The notes below the pieces were generated by a model. The model had not been told where the DNA came from. It worked only from the letters and a program-made list of their open reading frames with translations, and made no database searches. Shown here one piece after another: positions 51,060 through 64,000 of a stretch of DNA of 64,000 bases (position 1 is the stretch's first letter; every line of letters begins with the position of its first letter). Source of the DNA: Octopus sinensis (lineage: Eukaryota); assembly GCF_006345805.1 (NCBI RefSeq), contig NC_043012.1:38378001-38442000 (forward strand), written 5' to 3'. The position numbers and the translations under genes were made by a program.

Positions 51060-51095
<36 letters not shown>

Positions 51096-51195
51096 CCAAC
51101 GTTTAGTTACATATCTAGGTGTTGATTATAGATTTACGTATTGAATTTATTTATTGATACGGTCGTAATGATGGTGAAGAATTTGAGGGTTTTAC

Positions 51196-51263
<68 letters not shown>

Positions 51264-51288
51264 TATTATTATTATTATCATTATTATT

Positions 51289-51835
51289 GAGTGAGAGAGC
51301 AGTGCATGCCATCAAAGTGACACTGGGGTAAAATATACGAATCCCAGTATACCAATCATGACTACCCGTCTAGTAAGGGTACACTAGGCACATGCATCAC
51401 AACCATGTGAGCTCGACATGGTGATCCTATATCAATATAAACAGCACATGGCCTTGCAGGTAGGGCCCAGTTACAATTTTCTTCTGGTCAAGTAGCCCAT
51501 CCCGCCCAAAGGTCCCTGAATAAGGGTTGTTTAAGGATGTTGAACGAAACACCCATGTTTCCAAAATGAATTATTCAAACACCAAAGAATCCCTCGCAAC
51601 ACATGGCTATGATGCTCCCCCACAACTTCTGCTCGTGATCAGAGATTCACATAGCAGCAGCCACTAAGGGACATGCTCAACTGGTTAAGGTCAAACAAAT
51701 GACAAGCAAATCTGTGGTATTGAGCAGAATATTTGCTGTAGCCCATCTTTTATACCAAACAATGTACATGATAACACATCCAATCAGTTAAGAAGAGAAG
51801 CCAATGAGAGCCACTGCCTCGTACTGCATCAGGGC

Positions 51836-51839
<4 letters not shown>
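51289..51839 (-). mobile_element. ~550-bp non-coding element embedded in (TAA)n on both sides; probably a Dong-like 3' UTR insertion or non-autonomous partner
   Basis: (TTA)n flanks at ~51200-51288 and 51838-51885; second copy at 38892-39202. Confidence 0.65.
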
Positions 51840-51886
<47 letters not shown>

Positions 51887-51889
51887 TAA

Positions 51890-52002
51890 GGTGGTGAGCT
51901 GGCGGAATCGTTAACATGCAGTACCAAAAATGTTTAGCGAAATTTTGTCCGGTTGTGAGTTCTGGGTTCAAATTCCGCCGAGATCGACTTTGCCTTTCAT
52001 TC
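51890..52002 (+). mobile_element. SINE family A, 5' part
   Basis: ggtggtgagctggcggaatcg head, gggttcaaattccgccgag B box. Confidence 0.75.
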
Positions 52003-52419
52003 ACAGGGATTTGACTAAATTCCTATACCAAAATTTCAGGTTCTGTGATTATAATAGAAAGAATTACTGTCATTACTATGAGTGCTATCATGTTCATCAT
52101 AACACACGCAAACACACACACTCGCACGCACACGCAAACACACACACTCGCACGCACACGCACACACATGACACTGATTATGATATCTGGTGGCAAGAAA
52201 TGGAATATTCAACAGCGACCGTAATTATAAGAATATTACAGAAGAATTAGACGGAAGCGATGATACAAAGTTTGAATATGCAAAACAAAAGGACAATTGT
52301 AGGAATCATCAAAATAGTTATAAAGAGAAAAATGGAGGAGACAAAAAAAAGAAATATGGCGGCAAGCCGGAACAGAGACTCGCTCCTGCTTTCCTCTTCT
52401 TTATTGTTGTACTAAATAC

Positions 52420-52506
52420 TACTACTACTACTACTACTACCATCATCACCACCACCACCGTCACCACCATCACCACAACTGCTTGTACAGATATATATAT
52501 ACTATC

Positions 52507-52555
<49 letters not shown>

Positions 52556-52699
52556 TATTATTATTATTATTATTATTCATATTTTTATTATTACTGCTGG
52601 TGTTGCTGTTGTTCTTGCTCTTATTACCATTATTATCATCGTCATCATCATCATCATCATCATTATTATTATTATTATTGTTATTATTCTTATCATTTA

Positions 52700-52745
<46 letters not shown>

Positions 52746-53368
52746 TAGTGGTGATCATAATATTGTTATGTCGAACTGGCAATGCTATAATACTACTCGT
52801 AAAACAGAAATACCTAGCAAAATCTCAACACCCCCCACCCCCGCCAAAAAAACAAGAAAATTATTGAAAAAGTCATAAAAATAATAAAATAGCAAAAGAA
52901 AAAACAATAAAGGAAAATAAAGCAAATAAAGCAAATATGCCCAAGCGACCGAAGAGAATGTTATTCTTCTCAGCCACCGGAAGGTAGACATATTGAGGAC
53001 CTTAACAGAAATAACGCCATCTTGCTATTGAATAGAATGTGCTTGCTGCACCAATAGAGCAAGCGGTGAAGCACACAGGGAGTTCGAAGTAGTCAGAATT
53101 GATGCTGACCTCAGGAAGAATATTCAGTAAAGAAACAAATATATAAAAAAAATAATGATAAATAAAACTAAATAAAGCAAACAAACTAAATAACTAAATA
53201 AAACAAACATATGAATTAACTTTGTCACTATTTTTTTTATTTCTTTATAAAAATATTTTTTTCTCAGTTTCGGATTTGAGAGGTGAAAATATTAGACTTG
53301 AAATTACACATTATTATCTTTATTACGATCACTGTCCATTGTTATTATTATTATTATTTTTATTATTA

Positions 53369-53430
<62 letters not shown>

Positions 53431-53441
53431 TATTACTGACA

Positions 53442-53472
<31 letters not shown>

Positions 53473-53505
53473 TATTATTATTATCATTATTATTATTATA
53501 TTATT

Positions 53506-53548
<43 letters not shown>

Positions 53549-53612
53549 TTATTATCAGTATTATATTATTATTATTATTATTATTATATTATTACTGACA
53601 TTATTATTATTA

Positions 53613-53645
<33 letters not shown>

Positions 53646-53712
53646 GATTATTAATATTATTATTATTATTATTATTATTATTTTATTATTATTACTTTCA
53701 CTATTATCATTC

Positions 53713-53750
<38 letters not shown>

Positions 53751-53880
53751 ATTATTACTAGGATGGTTATTATTCTATTTGATATTTTCCTCTTATTTTT
53801 TACTTTTTTTTTCTTAATGGTAGCATCATATATTCCCGCATCATCATGATGATGATCATCATCATCATCATCATCACCAC

Positions 53881-53927
<47 letters not shown>

Positions 53928-53931
53928 CCAC

Positions 53932-53964
<33 letters not shown>

Positions 53965-54070
53965 CATCATATTCTTCGTCTTCTGATACTACAACTAACA
54001 CAATAGCAACAACAGTAACTACCAACACCACCAAAAGCATCATCAGCACCACTACTACTGCTACTTCAAA

Positions 54071-54102
<32 letters not shown>

Positions 54103-54231
54103 ATTTTGTTTTTCATATTCGTCATCATTATGATTTTCTATATTATTTCTAAGTGGTTTTATTACTTTAACTGTCTTTTGAACGTACTTTGTACGTGTTA
54201 GTTATTTCTGACGGAAATACCGAATCCGTTC

Positions 54232-54266
<35 letters not shown>

Positions 54267-54441
54267 TTTTATTATTATTATTATTTTTTTAAATTATTAT
54301 TATTATAATTATTATTATTATTATTATTATTATGATTAATTTTATTATAATAATTATTATCATTATTATTATTATTATTATTTTATTATTATTTATTATT
54401 ATTATTATTATTATTTATTGTTGTCATTATTATTATTATTA

Positions 54442-54482
<41 letters not shown>

Positions 54483-54670
54483 GTTGTTGTTGTTGTTATT
54501 ATTATTATTATGATTATTGATAATAATATCATTATTATCATCATCATTATTTTTTATTATTGTGACTGTTATTGTAATGTCGGTGATAGTCTTTGGTTCT
54601 CTAATGTTTTTGGTATCATATAACCCTTTGGGTATAAACAAAAATAACATCATAGCCAACAGTATCATCA

Positions 54671-54738
<68 letters not shown>

Positions 54739-55330
54739 CATTATTATTATTATTATTATTATCATTATTATTATTATTATTGTTGTTGTTGTTGTTGCTG
54801 CTGCTTTAGATCCTATGCAGTTGTTGTTATTGTTATTGTCATCATCCTCCCCTTCCTCCTCCTCATCATCATCATAATCACAATCATCATCATCATAAAC
54901 GTCATTGTTATTGATTTTCTTCACGAAACACTTGATGACCTTGCGTGCTCTCTTTTTTTCAATGGTTTCCAAATGTTTCTCTCTGTTTTGCGATCGTAAG
55001 AATATTTCGAGAAGGAGGGAGGCAAAGGGAGATGGGAGTTTACATTTTCAGACACGGAACGATGATGATTGTTGCGATGATGACGATAGTGATGATAATG
55101 ATGATGACGACGACGACGATGATGATGATGATGATGATGATGAATGTGATGATAATGATGATAATGATGATGATGATGGTTGTGTTGGTGGTTGTGGTGG
55201 CGGTGGTAGCGGTGGTAGTGGTGGTGGTGAGGATGATGATGGTGGTGGTAGTGATGGTCATGATCAACATGTGATTATGATGATGATGATGATGATGATG
55301 ATGACTATGGAGATGATGGTAATGGTGATG
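52420..55330. repeat. Large compound trinucleotide block (TTA/CAT/TTG/GAT/GGT) with short unique islands
   Basis: Direct reading. Confidence 0.9.
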
Positions 55331-56625
55331 ACACAAAGTTGACGACGGCGATGATGAAGGCACACTGAGTATTGAAGGCAGTCGATGAACGAAACTGCTT
55401 AATCAATGAATTCTAACGAAATGTCTTCGCGTATTCTGCTGACACAAATCCCTTGAACAATAAATCCGAATCAGATAACTAACGACGTAACACTGGTGTG
55501 ACAAAGTTAGTTACTTGTATTAAAGTTACACGTAATCCATTCGGCTTACACATACTTCTCGCTTCCCTAATCTGATCACCAGTGCTAGATCGACCATCTC
55601 TATGGAAACAGATTTCATATTTATTTAGCACTGCTACTGGCAGTGTAGCGTATTTCAATTCTATTAAGGATGTTTATTAAATAAATATTAGGACACATTT
55701 AATCGCAATCGCCGTGAGCTTCGGCTTTAGATTCGCAAAATTTACATCATGATAATCTTCCAGCGACTGATCAATGCGAATTTTTTAGCAGAATCCGCTC
55801 CGTCGGAGTATTGGGATGTAGTTTTTGTTCTGAGTCTAAGTAAACGTATTACCATTACGCTTCTTATATCTATCTTTGTGTAGAGCTTGCATCTGTTAAA
55901 GATTAGCACAACAAAGATATTTGTATTTCTTTATTTGTGGACATTCAGTCGATTGTTATAGAATACATAGAACCTATTTGATACACACCATTATGTAGCT
56001 ATATCTAGTTGAAGCTAGTTGGTTATATATATATATATATACTCTCATATTCTTGACTGAAAACTCCTTCATTATCGATAACTATAAAGTTAGAATGTTT
56101 GATAAATTCTACCGGTATATTATCGGTAGACTCACAGATTATAGTTTCTCATTTGGTGTTTTAGCTCAAAGTACATTGAAACTGTGTTCACTAAACTAAG
56201 TAAAATTACTTAGATTCGTATATAAGGCCATTCTTTGAAAACTGATTCCTTAGGGGGCCTCACGCTGTCAACGAGGCTACGATAAGCCATTTTTAAAAAC
56301 ACACTGATATTATTATAGCAATTCTTCTAGGATATCAACAATATGAATTTATGTTATCTTCATGTATTTTCAATCTTCGTTTTATTGCTTCATTCTCCAA
56401 AGTTCATTAAGTACCCCAATTCTGAATATGTGGATATTCCTTGTCAAGTGTCTTCCTTTACTTCGGAGATCCTTTAAACCTAATGAGGTCTCATGTGGCT
56501 GGGTTGCAAACAAGTAATTAGCGAAAGAACCATTCAATGACGTATGGGAGAGATTTGGGGTTACGTGTCAGGCATATGAGACACAAAATCATGTTAAGTA
56601 TTTGCTTCGTTGCTCTATGAAGCAT

Positions 56626-56670
<45 letters not shown>

Positions 56671-56779
56671 TAGATAGATATATACGTATATATAAATGCA
56701 TATATATACATAGATAATATAAGTATATATATATATATGTGTGTGTGTATATATGTATATATGTATATATATGTATATA

Positions 56780-56842
<63 letters not shown>

Positions 56843-57049
56843 CCTATATATAGCATTCTTCTCTAAGCCCTTTCGTATCTCAAGAAGTAATTATTATGTA
56901 TTTTTGCCAATTAAAGCACTAACTAAGTCTACCGGGGCTTCGCCGTAATAAACAAAAGCACATCTCAAACACGCACAGATCCATTCACGTTTGTGTGTAT
57001 GTATGTATGTATGTATGTATGTATGTATGTATGTATGTATGTATGTATG

Positions 57050-57080
<31 letters not shown>

Positions 57081-57328
57081 TACCCTTTTACTTGTTTCAG
57101 TCACTTTGATGCGGCTAAGCTGGAGCACCGCCTTTGGTTGAACCAATTGACACCAGGGCTTAATCTTTGTAAGCCGAGTAACTATTCTATCGAAATCTTT
57201 TGCTGAACCGCTAAGCTATGGTAAGGTAAAGACACCAACATCGGTCGTCGAGTGATGGTGGGAGGACAAACACAGACGCACAGATAAAGACACACATACA
57301 AACATACACACACACACACACACACACG

Positions 57329-57378
<50 letters not shown>

Positions 57379-57688
57379 AATCAAAATAAGCAACAAGGAT
57401 ATCCAAAGGTAATGCAGTACGATCGTTTCATGCGACTCCATTTAATTAAACAATGCACGTATTAGATCAATTTTAAAATGTAGGGCAATCTTCAGCTGCA
57501 GATAAATAAAGAATTTTGTTAAATTGAAGAGTCGCATGAAACGATCGTACTGCATTACCTTTGGATATCTTTGTTGCTTATTTTGATTATAATCCCCACA
57601 TTTTGAATTATATGGATAATAGCATACCAAACTTTGGTGCCTTTAACTTCAGTACCATCTTCAACTGAATCTAAATTTTCACTGAACT

Positions 57689-57720
<32 letters not shown>

Positions 57721-57876
57721 CGATGGTCTTCTTTCAGTTTGCGCCTACTAAATCCACTAAGACTTTGGTCGACCCGAAGCTATAGTAGAAGACCGCCAAG
57801 ATGCCACACAGTTGGACTGAACCAGGAACCATATCGTTGGGAAGTAAGCTTCTTATCATACAGCCACACTTGCGCC
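57081..57876 (-). mobile_element. SINE family B split in its internal microsatellite by a hairpin element
   Basis: 3' half at 57081-57290 and 5' half at 57721-57876. Confidence 0.75.
57376..57687. mobile_element. Hairpin-headed element (63-bp arms 57376-57438 and 57529-57591, 90-nt spacer, conserved tail)
   Basis: Arms pair with one G-T wobble; tail homologous to 11641-11730. Confidence 0.75.
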
Positions 57877-59049
57877 TATATATATATATATATATATATA
57901 TATAGATATATATATATATATATATATCTATAGATATATATATATGGTATGTATATTATATATATATCTATATATATATATATATATACGTGTGTGTGTG
58001 TGTGTATTTATCTATCTAACTATCTATCTCCCTCTCTCTATATATATGTAATATGTATATATGTATATATCTTATACGTACACATACATACATACACACA
58101 CACATACATACACCCATACACATACATGGATCCTACACACACATACATACACACTCACACATACATACACACACACACTCACTCACACACCTGTATGTAC
58201 GCGCACACACATGCACATACACACACTTCCACACACCCACACGTACATACATACACACTCATACACATACACACACACACACACGGACATACATCTATGC
58301 ACACACATATATACACACATACTCACATACATTCATCGGACACACTGACACCCAGACATACACACAGACACACTCACACATCCACACACATACATACTTA
58401 CGCGCATACTCGCAGGCGCGCGCACACACGCGCTTGCGCCGGTTCGCGCACGCATACGCGCTGCATGCACCTCGCTCTTGGACCCGACGAGACCTCCCGC
58501 TCGTTCCTGGGACCGTCGCTTGTCGTTGGGTTTTCCCACGCCCGTCTCCGCGGGACCACTCTTCCATCTTCCCCTCAGCTGGAGTCCTTTTTCCTTAACC
58601 CCCCCTTTTTTGTTACACACACGCGCACACATATACACACCCACTCACACACACACATTGCTTAAATATATACATTACTCTTACACACATTCAATCTACT
58701 CGCCATTAATACTACCACGACACTGGACACACACACACACTACTACTCAACACACGCTGGCACGCTATATACGCCCCCACCCCTTCCCCTCCCTCCCTTC
58801 CTCCTTCCTTCATTTTCTTACTACTGACCACTGTCTGCTATGCCTACTACTGTTTCGCCCTACCTCACACGCCTACACACAGACGCACACACTAACACAT
58901 ACATATATTTTTTGTTTTTTTATCTCGCCTCACACACACTACACACACGCACACGCACACACTCACACATACACACACATCTGTTGCGTTACCAACCCGT
59001 CTCCACTCTTTTGGCTTTAAAAACCTACTTTGCTCTTGTTATCGTAAAC

Positions 59050-59278
59050 TTCCGCCTTTCACCATGTGTAACTCGTAAACACCAGTCGTTTTTTCTCCAT
59101 CTCCTGTTGCCCGGTTTGGGATCTTTCTTTCCTCTCTTCCTTCTTTATGTTTCCGACGAAGAGCTCCGCTCGAAACGTCATACCTTCCTGCTTCCATATT
59201 TCCTGAGCGCCTATTAATAATAATACTGTAATTGTTCCATTGTTGTTGTTTTTTTGTTTTCCCGTTTGGATTAAAATT
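59050..59278 (+). mobile_element. Penelope-type terminal relic with near-intact HHR (59149-59183)
   Basis: GTTT-CCGACGA-A-GAGC-TCC-GCTC-GAAA-CG-TC-ATAC (U4 changed to C), TTCCTGAGCG, then (TA)n. Confidence 0.65.
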
Positions 59279-59327
59279 ATATATATATATATATACATAT
59301 ATACATATTATATATATATATATATAT

Positions 59328-59361
<34 letters not shown>

Positions 59362-59884
59362 GCGCATGTATGTATATAAACGCACATACCTGTTTCTATA
59401 TGTACGTGAGACCTATTTATCTGTTCACACAAATGAGGAAGTCCACATTGAAATGCTCTTTGGTTCTCTTCTCATCTAATTCCTTACTAATCTTAAAATC
59501 GGTTTTTGAGTGCTTCATCAGTGTTGCACACATAGTAACTTGAAAATATAGGGATGAAAAAGGGAGGCAACGCCTGAGAATGAAAATGATGTAAGTACTA
59601 TAAAATCAAGACAAAAACAGCAGATTTATTTTTCTGTTTCAGATGAAAATGAGCAGACATTGACTTTGATCTTGGCAGCAGGTAATAGGGGCAAAATGGT
59701 ACGATGTGATACCCTAATTAACAGTAATTATTATTAGAAATAGCTCAACCTGAAGTCACTAGACATTGATAGAGACGTAATTAGATATTGTAAGCACCGA
59801 AGCTGTTACGACCTGTCTGACTTACGGCCAATCTGCTTTATGACGATTGCTGCGCCACCTCCCGGCAGCAATAATAAATAGTCC

Positions 59885-60116
59885 ATTTCTTTACTACCCA
59901 CAAGGAGCTAAACACAGAGAGGAAAAACAAGGACGGACAAACGGATTAAGCCGATTATATCGACACCAGTGCGTAACTGGTACTTATTTAATCGACCCCG
60001 AAAGGATGAAAGGCAATGTCGACCTCCGCGGATTTGAACTCAGAACGTAGCAGCAGACGAAATACTTATTTCTTTATTACCCACAAGGGGCTACACATAG
60101 GGGGGGGGGACAAACA
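59885..60116 (-). mobile_element. SINE family A1, partial tandem dimer
   Basis: A second A1 tail starts at 60066, directly after gacgaaatac. Confidence 0.8.
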
Positions 60117-60305
60117 ATTTCTTGGAAATTAACCCGTCTATGGTGATGTCAACTAACAAACGCTTCCCCTAAGCTTGGTCATCGATTGCCATTCTGGTTA
60201 TCGCAAGAGTTGGATGAATATCCTGTCTTGGAGTCATCGAGACAACCTCCTATATGTTGATAAGATGACTGTTTGGGAATACAAAAATTTTGACTAACGC
60301 CAGTA

Positions 60306-61342
60306 TCTTTATATATAAAAAACTGAGAATGTGTGTCTGTTTGTCTGTCTGTCTGTGTGTCTCCCTAAAACTTGAGAACTACAAAACCAATTTCATTCAA
60401 ATTTTACACATGCCTTACTTAGGGTCCATGTAGTTTCATGGGCAAAAAATGTTCAACTTCTTGCCTAGAGCGAGCCCATAGCAATATCATATCTTCTCCA
60501 CTATTTCAGTATTACGTGTTAAAAGTGAAACAAAAATATTTCTCTATTTTATGTCAGATACTTTCACTTTAACAATAAAAATAATAATAACAATTGAATT
60601 ATATGTAGTAAGTAATAATTAAAATCAAACTAAAGTATAATATAATCGTACCATAACAAAAGTAAAAATAGCAATTGGTATAAAATTGCATCAATGACTT
60701 GAACTTGAATAAGTGGTTTCACATGAATGGGAATAAATTAAAAATAAAATTAGCGTGCAGAAATGGAATAGTCCAGATGGATAATAAAAAATTAAATTAA
60801 AGAAAAGACTATTGTCTATAAAGTATACAATGTAGAGAAAAAAGATTTGAACACATGGAGGAAAGCACCTTCGAAAAGTGTCTTGGTGCGACTATGAAAG
60901 ATATCTAATCAGAGGGGGTAAATTCGTCACAATAGAAGCAAGGTTTGAGTCAACGGAGCGTGCAAGAGAGTACTCGACTCGAACTTGCAAAGTGGAAATA
61001 TTTTATTTTAACCTTTATATCTGGGACGTAGGACGTCCCGGAAAAAAATTGAACATGCCCCCTCCCCCCCGAAGTAGAGGTAGGCTGGATTATAGCCACA
61101 CTTTTATACAAGAGGGAGGACAAAATACGATTGATCGAAATTACAAGAGACGGGCCTACAATTCAAGTCTGTTATATATTTTGAGTGTTGTTATCACTAG
61201 CGATATCAAGATATAACTTTGTATTTTGTATTTTATGTGTAGATGTATATATATAGATGTACATGTAATATGTACACATATATATACACATATATACATG
61301 CACTAGCACTATGACCCGGCAACGACGGGTCTTTAATGCTAG
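60306..61342 (+). mobile_element. Non-autonomous Helitron (~1.04 kb)
   Basis: A|TCTTTATATATAAA 5' end, GACCCG-gcaacga-CGGGTC hairpin at 61313-61331, CTAG|T 3' end, insertion between A and T, no TSD. Confidence 0.8.
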
Positions 61343-61920
61343 TAATAGTATAATACAGACTGCTGTGTGTGTAAAAATATAAAAGAAATCGATTTACGAC
61401 CAGTCAGAACAAATTGCAGTCATAAGTCGAGTACAACTAACTGTGTTTCTGTCATATGTGATGGATGATAACTGCGGAGAGTACATACGGCTGGAAAAGT
61501 CCAATGATTAGTTGGTAGACGGCGAATGGGGTATACTTTTTACTTGCCTAAAGCCGAAACTCATGGCGATTTCGAAAGTCAACTTCTAATGCTTATTTAA
61601 TAAGCATCAGTAAAATATGGAGAATACATTACCGCGCCTGTAGCAGAATTAAATAAATATGAAATTTATTAATGGGCAAATATCAAAGCAAGACAGTCTC
61701 AGATATGAAACAAATTTAAATGGAATATTAGTAAAGAAATAACCATTCAGTCATGGATGCCAGCGTTGCATTAGAGTTTTCTGTAAAGAATTGGACACCC
61801 ACAGGCATTGATACATGCTTCTGTATGGATGGATGTATGCATGTCTGTCAGACTATCTGTCTGGTATGCATGTACGTAAGTATATATATATATATATTTA
61901 TTTATTTATATATATATACA

Positions 61921-61976
<56 letters not shown>

Positions 61977-62041
61977 ACACACACACACACACACACAACA
62001 CACACACACACACACAACACACACACACATATATATATATA

Positions 62042-62271
62042 TATTTCTTTACTACCCACAAGGGGCTAAACACAGAGGGGACAAACAAGGAGAGACAAAC
62101 GGATTAAGTCGATTATATCGACCCCAGTGCGTAACTGGTACTGAATTTAATGGCCCCGAAAGGATGAAAGACAAAGTCGACCTCGGCGGAATTTGAATTC
62201 AGAACGTAATGGCAGACGAAATACCGCTACGCATTTCGCCCGTCGTGCTAATGTTTCTGCCAGCTCGCCGC
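62042..62271 (-). mobile_element. SINE family A, tail A1, full length
   Basis: Reverse complement of 19093-19320. Confidence 0.9.
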
Positions 62272-63350
62272 GTTTGCTGCACGAACAGTGAACAGGTCGC
62301 CGTTTCTAAGTGACGAAAATATTTTGACACACATTTTGACGTATATATATATGTATATATATACATTTAAATAAGAAAGCTTTTGCTCTTCAAAGAAAGG
62401 GGAGTTTTATTCTCTATATTTATACATAGAACAATAAAAATGCGAAAATACGTTTTCACATAGCAAAGCTTTTCGTGTTGCAGTATAACTGAAATATAGA
62501 TCTGTATATATTGACTGGCTACGTTCGATATGCATAGCGCAAAAACGACCGAGAATGGCAAAAGTTTATATGTTACGCTATTTCTAGTCTGTGAAACGTG
62601 AATATCTTTGTGTGCTATACACACTCGCACACACATACACAAACACACAAACACACACACACATACACACACATATGCCTAAGCGTGTGTTTATGTGTAT
62701 GGAGTGGTGTGAAGTTATATATTAGTTTGTGTGACAAAGGTGATTACGTTTGTAATTGTATGTAGTTGATGGACAGAAAATGCCGGAATAAAAATGCCAG
62801 AAATTGGGGCAAAAACAGATTTATGTATGTAAATATAGCAGCTATCCAGGTTATTTTGGAGAAGTCGTTTCCACGGGGAGGAACGGCACAGATAGGTCAA
62901 GTCAGTGCGGTAAATATTTTTCTGTTTCTGCACCCGAAGGAATGCGTATGCACCGTAAAACTTTCTTTGAAACATTAGCAGTTGTTCTGTTGTAGTGCCC
63001 CGTTATTACATCAGACTGTATGAGAGTATGTATGTAAATATATATATAAATATTCGCGTGTGTGTAAATGTGTGTGTGTATATGTGTCTGTATGTGACTG
63101 TGGCCCAAAGCTATACATAGCGTACAGAATGTTTTCGGAAGGGTAATTGTATGAATTTCCTTCCTGGAATCTGATGTTAAAATATTAAGCAAAGTTCATT
63201 TGTTCGTATTACCTACCTTTCAGATAATTTTATTTCTATAGAATTCTTTGGGCGCAAATTCTTGTGAATAATTTATATAAGCACATACTGAATATGAATC
63301 ACATATGTATATATATACACAGGCACGCACGCACAAATACACGCACACAC

Positions 63351-63405
<55 letters not shown>

Positions 63406-63819
63406 TACATAAATACACATATGTATACACACAGACGCACATATATATGGTTAAACAATATCTAATATCTCTTTGCAGATTTTTCGTGGTGTATGCAATG
63501 CACTTATATATGTATTTATACATGCGTCTATATTCATATGTATATATGTGTGTGAGTGTGTCTATGTATTTATGCATGAGTGTATGCTTATACACAAATC
63601 TATACATTCCCTAATTTCGTTAAATCTTGCAGTTTACCTGAATGGCTTTTAGCAAATAAAACCGAAAGCCAGAAAATTAACCGTGAAATGAAATCTATAA
63701 CGTATATCTACCTATTCCACCGTAAAATAATTCCGTTTTCGAGGCAGGAACTTAGATGCAGAGCTGACAGACTTTAGTTCTGTAGTAAACCTTCTACCAA
63801 CGATGTAAGTCTAAACCTG

Positions 63820-64000
<181 letters not shown>

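Larger units (their letters stand above)
49274..51067. repeat. ~547-bp unit array: forward arm 49274-50304 (~1.9 units) plus inverted arm 50305-51067 (~1.4 units), flanked by (TA)n; retrozyme-like
   Basis: Unit restarts at 49821; inverted full unit at 50426-50974; each complete or near-complete unit has one HHR. Confidence 0.9.

Noticed and set aside
52190-52867. 225-aa ORF with a unique-looking N-terminal 75 aa
   Set aside because: No recognisable domain or splice support, and the remainder is trinucleotide repeat
62804-62995. YPGYFGE, EGF-repeat-like
   Set aside because: Lacks the cysteine spacing of EGF repeats

Overview
This is AT-rich eukaryotic DNA saturated with microsatellites. The SINE families and repeat landscape look like an Octopus (cephalopod) genome, which is an inference from recalled family sequences and not a database hit. 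I cannot support any host protein-coding gene; nearly all ORFs in the track are translations of (TA)n, (CA)n, (TAA)n, (GAT)n or (GAA)n tracts. The window holds many tRNA-derived SINEs (at least 4 families), decayed R4/Dong-type REL non-LTR fragments, a 5'-truncated Tx1/L1-clade LINE, a non-autonomous Helitron, foldback hairpin elements and a 100-N gap. The main result is a set of hammerhead ribozyme (HHR) motifs. (1) A ~547-bp unit at 49274-51067 occurs as a tandem plus an inverted arm, and each complete or near-complete unit carries a type I HHR with an intact CUGAUGA...GAAA core and a palindromic stem III. This is a retrozyme-like, putatively circRNA-producing architecture. (2) A tRNA-derived Pol III head sits just upstream of an intact minimal HHR at 13490-13770. 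(3) Several Penelope-type terminal relics carry degenerate HHRs with covarying stems. A second notable result is that one SINE subfamily shares a ~47-nt 3' tail, including a stem-loop and AATAAA, with the Tx1/L1 LINE in this window, which is embedded in (TATC)n.
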